NCBI GenBank assembly: GCA_963666055.2
Contig: CAXWPH010000003.1
Span: 1 to 64,000 of the forward strand
Direction of reading: 5' to 3'
DNA length: 64,000 nucleotides
DNA from: Acidobacteriota bacterium
GTDB taxonomy: Bacteria > Acidobacteriota > UBA890 > WLXD01
Part shown: piece after piece, positions 58,308 to 64,000 of the stretch
How the letters are laid out: each line of letters begins with the position of its first letter
Position numbering within the stretch: the first letter of the stretch is position 1
Made by a program: the position numbers and the translations under genes
The notes under the pieces: generated by a model
Seen by the model: the letters and a program-made list of their open reading frames with translations, nothing else
Told to the model about the DNA's origin: nothing
Databases searched by the model: none

Positions 58308-59405
58308 TCAGTGTGTGTGGGTGTGGGCCGGTATTCCTTCGGTGTGCGCCGCCGCCAGGTGCTCCCTTAGCGGGTCACGCCCGAAGTCGCGGGCGAAGTT
58401 GCGCCACACCGTGTGTACATGGTTCGCGTCGTTCTGGGTGTTGTCGTACTCGACCACGAAGCTGGGGCCGTGGATGCGATAGTAGTGTGGCTCACCGGCC
58501 TCGATTCCACCGGCCCAGCCGAAGCGCAGCTCGTCGAGGCCCTCGGCACGGATTTCCGCCAGCTCGCTTGCCGCCAACGACGGTTCCAGTCGCGCCGCGT
58601 AGAGCTCGAGCAGCGCCCACAATGCTTGCTGCTGGGACTCCGTGAGCTGCTGGTAGCGAATCCCCAAAGCCGCGGGTCGCAAGGCCACCTTGGTGTTGCT
58701 CGTCAGGATGTCGTCGGGAGCCGTGGGGGAGAACACTGCCGTCCTCCGCGCTGCGGGGTCGAGGTGCTGAAGGAAAAGTCGCGCCCGGTCCTCTTCCTGC
58801 GCGAACGGACGCAGCCCGGAGTGCAGCCCCTCGCCCACGTAGGCCGGGTTGCCGCCGAAGAACGCCGGCGTCGTGCCGACGACCCGGCCATCGAGCAGCG
58901 TGAAGTTCACCGATAGGTGATGCCCCTCGAAGCGCCAGCCCCAGCGGCCGAGGCTGCCCGGTGCTCCGAACACCGTGAGCAGGTACATGCCGGGGTCGCG
59001 AAAGTCGGATTGCTCGGAGCGTTCGTACAGGACCTCCTCGAGCCGGATGATGTCCCTCGCCTTCTGCACGCCGAGCTCCCCGAGACCGGATGTGACCAGC
59101 TTCCAGGTGATCTCGCGCTCCGTCTCAGTCATCTCGCGCAGCGGAAACCCATTGCGGGGAACCGGAGTGTAGGCCCAGTTGAAGCGCTCCTGGTCCTCGA
59201 AGCCGGTCAGCGCCCAGTGCCGCCGCTCGCCTTCCGATGAGCTCAGCAGCGCGCGGGCAGCATCGCGCATTCCGGGATCGGCAGGAAACGATTCCTGCGC
59301 TCGTCCGCTGCTCGCGGCGAGCGTCAGCGCGACGACGACGGCGACTACCAGGGCGGTTACAGCGGGTCGACGGTGGGTGCGTCGGGCCAACGCTAATGCT
59401 CGCAT
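58308..59405 (-). CDS. DUF3500 domain protein (exported)
   Basis: WGWRFEGHHLSVN, PAFFGGNP, YYRIHGP, EYDNTQNDANHVHTVWR. Confidence 0.9.
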   Translation of the reverse strand: MRALALARRTHRRPAVTALVVAVVVALTLAASSGRAQESFPADPGMRDAARALLSSSEGERRHWALTGFEDQERFNWAYTPVPRNGFPLREMTETEREITWKLVTSGLGELGVQKARDIIRLEEVLYERSEQSDFRDPGMYLLTVFGAPGSLGRWGWRFEGHHLSVNFTLLDGRVVGTTPAFFGGNPAYVGEGLHSGLRPFAQEEDRARLFLQHLDPAARRTAVFSPTAPDDILTSNTKVALRPAALGIRYQQLTESQQQALWALLELYAARLEPSLAASELAEIRAEGLDELRFGWAGGIEAGEPHYYRIHGPSFVVEYDNTQNDANHVHTVWRNFARDFGRDPLREHLAAAHTEGIPAHTHTH

Positions 59406-59580
59406 CTCGTGCTCCCTCGATTCAGAAGACCGGTAGCGGGGGCTCGTGCCGGCGAGATCGTATCGTAGCGCTGTGTCCCGTCTCCAGGGCTGGCGGGCAG
59501 TTTTACCTCATCGGGTCGCCGACGTGGATCAGTCGAGCATCGAGCGCGGCCACAATGGACGCCCTGTTGCCAGAGCGACG

Positions 59581-59840
59581 CTACTCGAGTGGCAACGCAT
59601 TCACCGGGTCCATCCTCGCTGCTCTGAGCGCCGGGATCAGGCTGGCGATCGCGGTGGTGGCGAGCAGCACCACCGCGACAACGATCCCCGTCGTCGGATC
59701 GACCGTCCCCAGGTTCTGCAGCACCGCGTTGAGCACGCGAACCAGCATGAAGATGAACGGGGCGCCGATGGCCACGCCTATGAGGCCCAGCGTGAATCCT
59801 TGGCGCGTGATCATGCGGACCATGTGGTGCCGGCGGTTCC
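59581..59840 (-). pseudogene. 3' remnant of a second FtsX/MacB-type (ADOP-like) ABC permease
   Basis: VRMITRQG..IGVAIG..ASLIPALRAARMDPVNALPLE*. Confidence 0.8.
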
Positions 59841-59842
59841 AA

Positions 59843-60505
59843 TCAGCGCTTCATCGCCAGCGTCAGCCCATCGCCGAGCGGCAGCATACTCAGATGGACG
59901 CGCTCATCGTCGCGCAGCTTGGCGTTCAGCGCTCGGATGGAAACCACCGCTTCGTCGGTATCGGTGGTGTCGATCACCGTGCCGCTCCAAAGAACGTTGT
60001 CGATGGCGATCAGGCCGCCCCGCCGCACGAGCACGAGCGCGCGCTCATAGTATGCGTCGTACTCGTTCTTGTCGGCGTCGATGAACGCCAGGTCGAACGA
60101 CTCTGTCTGACCGTCTTCGATCAGTCGATCCAGCGTCTCGACAGCCGGGCCGATGCGCAGGTCGATCTTGTCGGCGACGCCGGCCTGTCGCCAGTAGCGC
60201 CGGGCGACGGCGGTGTATTCCTCGCTGACGTCGCAGGCGATAATGCGCCCCTCCGGCGGCAAGGCCAGCGCCACCACTAGGGCGCTGTAGCCGGTGAACA
60301 CACCGATCTCGAGCGTCCGGCGAGCGCCCATCAGGTGCGCCAACAGGGCCATGAACTGACCCTGCTCGGGCGAGATCTGCATTACCGCCAGCGGGTGCGA
60401 TGCGGTCTCCTCACGAAGCTGTCGAAGGAGATCGTCCTCTCGCAGCGAGGCTCCGAGAAGGTAATCGTAAAGCTCGTCGGTCAGGGTAATGCTGCGATTC
60501 GACAC
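59843..60505 (-). CDS. Class I SAM-dependent O-methyltransferase (CCoAOMT/COMT-like)
   Basis: GGAGG RBS; MQISPEQGQ, LEIGVFTGYS, FIDADK, IDNVLWSG. Confidence 0.93.
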   Translation of the reverse strand: MSNRSITLTDELYDYLLGASLREDDLLRQLREETASHPLAVMQISPEQGQFMALLAHLMGARRTLEIGVFTGYSALVVALALPPEGRIIACDVSEEYTAVARRYWRQAGVADKIDLRIGPAVETLDRLIEDGQTESFDLAFIDADKNEYDAYYERALVLVRRGGLIAIDNVLWSGTVIDTTDTDEAVVSIRALNAKLRDDERVHLSMLPLGDGLTLAMKR

Positions 60506-60672
60506 CGTCTCATGCCTCCATGGCAGTTGTTTCCATACACCACAGTACGTGGTTGCGCTTGTGGCCGACGGGATGATCAACTGAGCGTCCGGACTATACT
60601 CACCGCTTCCATGAGGGCGAGGGGGTCCGTGAACGAACTCCGGAGAGCTCGTCGGCGGCAAGGAGGTCACCA

Positions 60673-61389
60673 GTGGCGAAATCGGGCCGACTGCAGTTCA
60701 GGACCTGCTTCTGTGTCGCGCTCGCGCTGCTCATGCTGGCGGCGGGCCAGTTGAGCGCCGCCGAGGTGCAAGACCAGGATGGCGCCAACAGCGGAACGGA
60801 GGACGTCGTCGATTCGGAGGAGTATCGGGCCGGCGTCAGCGCGTTCAAAACTCGTGACTACGAGGCGGCGCTGGCGAAGTGGCAGGAGCTGTTGGCGGCA
60901 GATCCGGTCCCCAATGTGGTGCTGCTGCGGGTAGCCGAGGCCCACCGAGCATTGGGCAACAGCGCCGCGGAGGAGGTGGCGCTCAAGCGGGTCCTGAAGG
61001 CCGATCCCGACTCCAGGACCGCCAGCTTCATGCTGGCACAGAGCTACCTCCGGGCGGATCGCCAAGACGACGCCGAAGCGCTGTTCGAAAAGCTTCTTGC
61101 AGACGAGCCCGACAACGCCTTGCTGCATGTGGGGATTGGCGATACCTACATGAAGGAACGACGGCACGAGTCGGCACTGGCGTCCTACCGTCGAGCGCTG
61201 GCGATCGATCCGAATCTCGCTGTGGCGCAAAAGCAGGTCGGCTTCGCGCATGTCCAGGGCCGCGATCTTGCCGGTGCCGTCGCCGCGTTCGAGAGGTTCC
61301 TGGAGATGGAGCCGACCGACACCGACGATGCAGAGATCGTCCGGCGGCTTCTGGACGCGATCGAGGCGCAATTAGCGGCGCAACAGTGA
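60673..61389 (+). CDS. Exported TPR protein
   Basis: Signal peptide followed by several TPR-like repeats. Confidence 0.8.
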   Translation: MAKSGRLQFRTCFCVALALLMLAAGQLSAAEVQDQDGANSGTEDVVDSEEYRAGVSAFKTRDYEAALAKWQELLAADPVPNVVLLRVAEAHRALGNSAAEEVALKRVLKADPDSRTASFMLAQSYLRADRQDDAEALFEKLLADEPDNALLHVGIGDTYMKERRHESALASYRRALAIDPNLAVAQKQVGFAHVQGRDLAGAVAAFERFLEMEPTDTDDAEIVRRLLDAIEAQLAAQQ

Positions 61390-61403
61390 CGCGGCAGGCG
61401 AGC

Positions 61404-62564
61404 ATGAATACGGGTGGCGAGCCGTTCGAGGTGCTGCCCGAGTTCCAGCGTTTCAGCCAGCGTGACGACGTCTTCTGCCGCTCGTTCTGGGATCCGACGG
61501 TGCGCTCCGAGCGTAGCGAGCTGTTCTACGAGACGTATCGGAAGCCGCTGGCCAACTGGCGCAGCGTCGACGGGTTCACGCAGCGTGACTACGCGCTCCG
61601 CAACGCCTCGTGGCATGTCACCGACGTCTTCGCGGAGCTCAAGGAAGACGAGGACCGCCGCGAGGGTTATCTCGACGAGCTGACGGTGCTTCGCGATGCG
61701 GCGGCCGAAAAGGTGCCGTTCGATTCGCCGGCGGCGGCCAGCGTCGAGATCAAGCGCGTCGGCAAGCTGTTCGGGGCCGATCTGATCGGTGTCACCGCCT
61801 ACGACGACCGCTGGGTATACACCAACAAGTACAGTCGCCGGTTGGAGAACGAGAAGCCGAACGAAATGCCGGAGGGGCTGAAGAACGTGATCGTCGTTGC
61901 CAAGCAGATGGACCACGGGCTGATCGACACGGTTCCGTCGGCGCTGAGCGGCACGGCCACCGGCTGGGGCTACTCGGAGGACACGCTGACGCTGCTGGCG
62001 CTCAGTCAGTACATCCGCAATCTCGGCTACCAGGCGGTGCCCAACCTCAACGACACGTCGCTGTCGATCCCGCTGGCGATCCAGGCGGGTCTGGGCGAGT
62101 ACGGACGCCACGGCATGGTGATTACCAAGGAGTTCGGCCCACGAGTCCGGTTCGGCAAGATCTTTACCGATCTGCCGTTGGCCAACGATACGCCGGTGAG
62201 CTTCGGTGTGAAGGAATTTTGCAACGCCTGTCGGCGGTGCTCCGATGCCTGCCCGGTGCAGGCGATTCCCGACGGCGTGCCGAGCGCGCGCGTTTACAAT
62301 CGCTCCAACATTGTCGGGGTGCGCAAATGGACGGTCGACGCCGAGAAGTGCTTCGGATTCTGGACCAAGCAGAACAGCGACTGCTCGATTTGCATCCGCG
62401 TCTGCCCTTACAACAAGCGCTGGTCGCCCCGCGTCTTCAGCATCTGGCGTCGCCTGGCAGGCACGCCCCTGCGTCGTGTGCTGCTGAGGCTCGACACCTG
62501 GCTCGGGTTCGGCGCCCGGAAATCGGCCAGCCAATGGTGGCGCACCGGGGGAGAGAGAGCATGA
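61404..62564 (+). CDS. Reductive dehalogenase (RdhA)-family cobalamin/2x[4Fe-4S] protein without Tat signal
   Basis: FGADLIG, YIRNLGYQA, AGLGEYGRHG..FGPRVR, CxxCxxCxxxCP and Cx10CxxCxxxCP. Confidence 0.85.
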   Translation: MNTGGEPFEVLPEFQRFSQRDDVFCRSFWDPTVRSERSELFYETYRKPLANWRSVDGFTQRDYALRNASWHVTDVFAELKEDEDRREGYLDELTVLRDAAAEKVPFDSPAAASVEIKRVGKLFGADLIGVTAYDDRWVYTNKYSRRLENEKPNEMPEGLKNVIVVAKQMDHGLIDTVPSALSGTATGWGYSEDTLTLLALSQYIRNLGYQAVPNLNDTSLSIPLAIQAGLGEYGRHGMVITKEFGPRVRFGKIFTDLPLANDTPVSFGVKEFCNACRRCSDACPVQAIPDGVPSARVYNRSNIVGVRKWTVDAEKCFGFWTKQNSDCSICIRVCPYNKRWSPRVFSIWRRLAGTPLRRVLLRLDTWLGFGARKSASQWWRTGGERA

Positions 62565-62607
62565 TGTTCGGCAGCGCCTTCTCGATCGTCAGCTCAGGAG
62601 GTATGAA

Positions 62608-63240
62608 GTGTCGGATCAGTGGATGCTCAGGGGCGTGGAATACAACAATTGCAACTGTGACTGGGGATGCCCCTGTCAGTTCGGGGCGCCCACGACGCAC
62701 GGTAATTGCGAGGCGGTGCTGAGCGGCCACATCGAGGAAGGGCACTTCAACGACACGCGACTGGACGGTCTCAACTGGGCGATGGTGCTGTGGTGGCCGG
62801 GTGAGATCGCCGACGGCAACGGTCGGCAGCAGGCGATCATCGACGAGCGTGCCACTTCGGAGCAGCACGAGGCGCTGCGCAAGATCCTGCACGGGGAGTC
62901 CACCGCGCCCGGCGCCACCCACTTCTTCGTCTACAACAGCACCATGGCGGAAGTGTTGGAGACGCTGTCGGCGCCGATCGAGCTTTCCATCGATGTCGAG
63001 GCGCGCCGCGCCACTGCTCGCATCCCGGGCCTGGTGGAGTCGGAGGGCGTACCGATTATCAACAGGTTCTCAGGGGAGGAGTCGCGCTCGCGTATCCACC
63101 TGCCGAACGGCTTCGAGTACACCTATGCCGAGATGGGCAGCGGCCGCTCCAAGACGACCGGCGCCATCACCCTCGACTTCGACGGCTCGTATGCGCAGTT
63201 CAACGTCCTGCACATGAACCAGGACGGGGTGATTCGCTGA
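62608..63240 (+). CDS. DUF1326 domain protein
   Basis: AGGAGG RBS; CNCDWGCPC..PTHGNC, IIDERA. Confidence 0.88.
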   Translation: MSDQWMLRGVEYNNCNCDWGCPCQFGAPTTHGNCEAVLSGHIEEGHFNDTRLDGLNWAMVLWWPGEIADGNGRQQAIIDERATSEQHEALRKILHGESTAPGATHFFVYNSTMAEVLETLSAPIELSIDVEARRATARIPGLVESEGVPIINRFSGEESRSRIHLPNGFEYTYAEMGSGRSKTTGAITLDFDGSYAQFNVLHMNQDGVIR

Positions 63241-64000
63241 ACCGGCGCGACCGCATCGCGGTACTGGCGTCGATGGCGGGAGTCACCCTGGTGGCCTGGG
63301 TGCACCTGATCGTCACCGCCTCGAAGATGCAGCCCGCCGGTGGCGCGAGCATGGACGACATGGTCGCGCTGCGCGCCTGGGGACCGGCCGACTTCGGCCT
63401 CGTGTTCCTGATGTGGGCCGTGATGATGGTCGGCATGATGGTCCCGACGGCTGCGCCCATGGTGCTGATCTACGCGTCGGTGGTGCGCAAGGCGGCGCGT
63501 CAGGACAGCATTCTGGCGCCGACGGCTGCCTTCGTGTCGGGATACGTGCTGATCTGGTGCGCGTTCAGCCTGGCGGTGACGCTTCTTCAGTGGCGGCTGA
63601 ACCGCGCAGCATTGCTGGCGCCGATGATGGTGCTCTCCAACATCAACCTGGGCGCCGGGCTGCTGATCATCGCCGGGCTCTACCAGATGACGCCGCTGAA
63701 AGAGGCGTGCCTCAGGCATTGTCGATCCCCGGCGCACTTCATTGCCGAGCACTGGCGTCCCGGCACTGGCGGTGCCGTTCGCATGGGCTTCGAGCACGGC
63801 ATCTTCTGTCTGGGTTGCTGCTGGCTGCTGATGCTGCTGTTGTTCGTCGGCGGCGTGATGAACGTGCTGTGGATCGCTGTGATCACGGCGTTTGTGTTGT
63901 TCGAGAAGCTCGGGGCGCGCGGCGCGGGCGGTGGCCGGCTGGCCGGCGTCGCCATGATTGCCGTGGGCGTGTTGGTGCTGTTGCGGAGCGGCGGCGGGAG
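63237..64000 (+). CDS. DUF2182 metal-binding integral membrane protein (no stop before window end; start uncertain)
   Basis: MWAVMMVGMMVP, YQMTPLKEACLRHCRSP, CLGCCWLLM, GVMN. Confidence 0.9.
   Translation, partial: MNRRDRIAVLASMAGVTLVAWVHLIVTASKMQPAGGASMDDMVALRAWGPADFGLVFLMWAVMMVGMMVPTAAPMVLIYASVVRKAARQDSILAPTAAFVSGYVLIWCAFSLAVTLLQWRLNRAALLAPMMVLSNINLGAGLLIIAGLYQMTPLKEACLRHCRSPAHFIAEHWRPGTGGAVRMGFEHGIFCLGCCWLLMLLLFVGGVMNVLWIAVITAFVLFEKLGARGAGGGRLAGVAMIAVGVLVLLRSGGG

Noticed and set aside
60879-61403. N-terminal extension of the 561-aa RdhA-like ORF
   Set aside because: Overlaps the TPR gene in another frame; ATG 61404 is the plausible start.

Overview
High-GC bacterial chromosomal window of mostly accessory and catabolic genes. 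The Ser/Thr-kinase and ADOP-type permease fragments and the multiple exported serine hydrolases suggest Acidobacteriota or a similar lineage (inference). It starts at the probable edge of an integrated, lower-GC island (fdh 3' end, degenerate tRNA-Asp 3' half, IHF-like and arm-like sites). A mosaic of hydrolase genes and gene fragments follows (1-14 kb). Next come a 15-kb nine-gene MoxR/vWA/DUF4159/TPR-metalloprotease operon of unknown function and a divergent Ku/LigD NHEJ locus with an HTH-TPR gene. The rest holds hydroxyproline catabolism, SBP56, minor pilin and reductive-dehalogenase-like/DUF1326/DUF2182 genes. The most distinctive non-genic signal is a family of 279-bp structured, CTAG-ended repeats (2 full copies, 7 solo ends). 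Eight of the nine sit on TAG stop codons, and some appear to supply start codons or protein tails. A second, ~60-bp leader repeat precedes three consecutive genes at 0.95-3.5 kb. Several frameshifts and nonsense codons may be sequencing errors. All product calls come from motif recognition by eye; no database searches were run.
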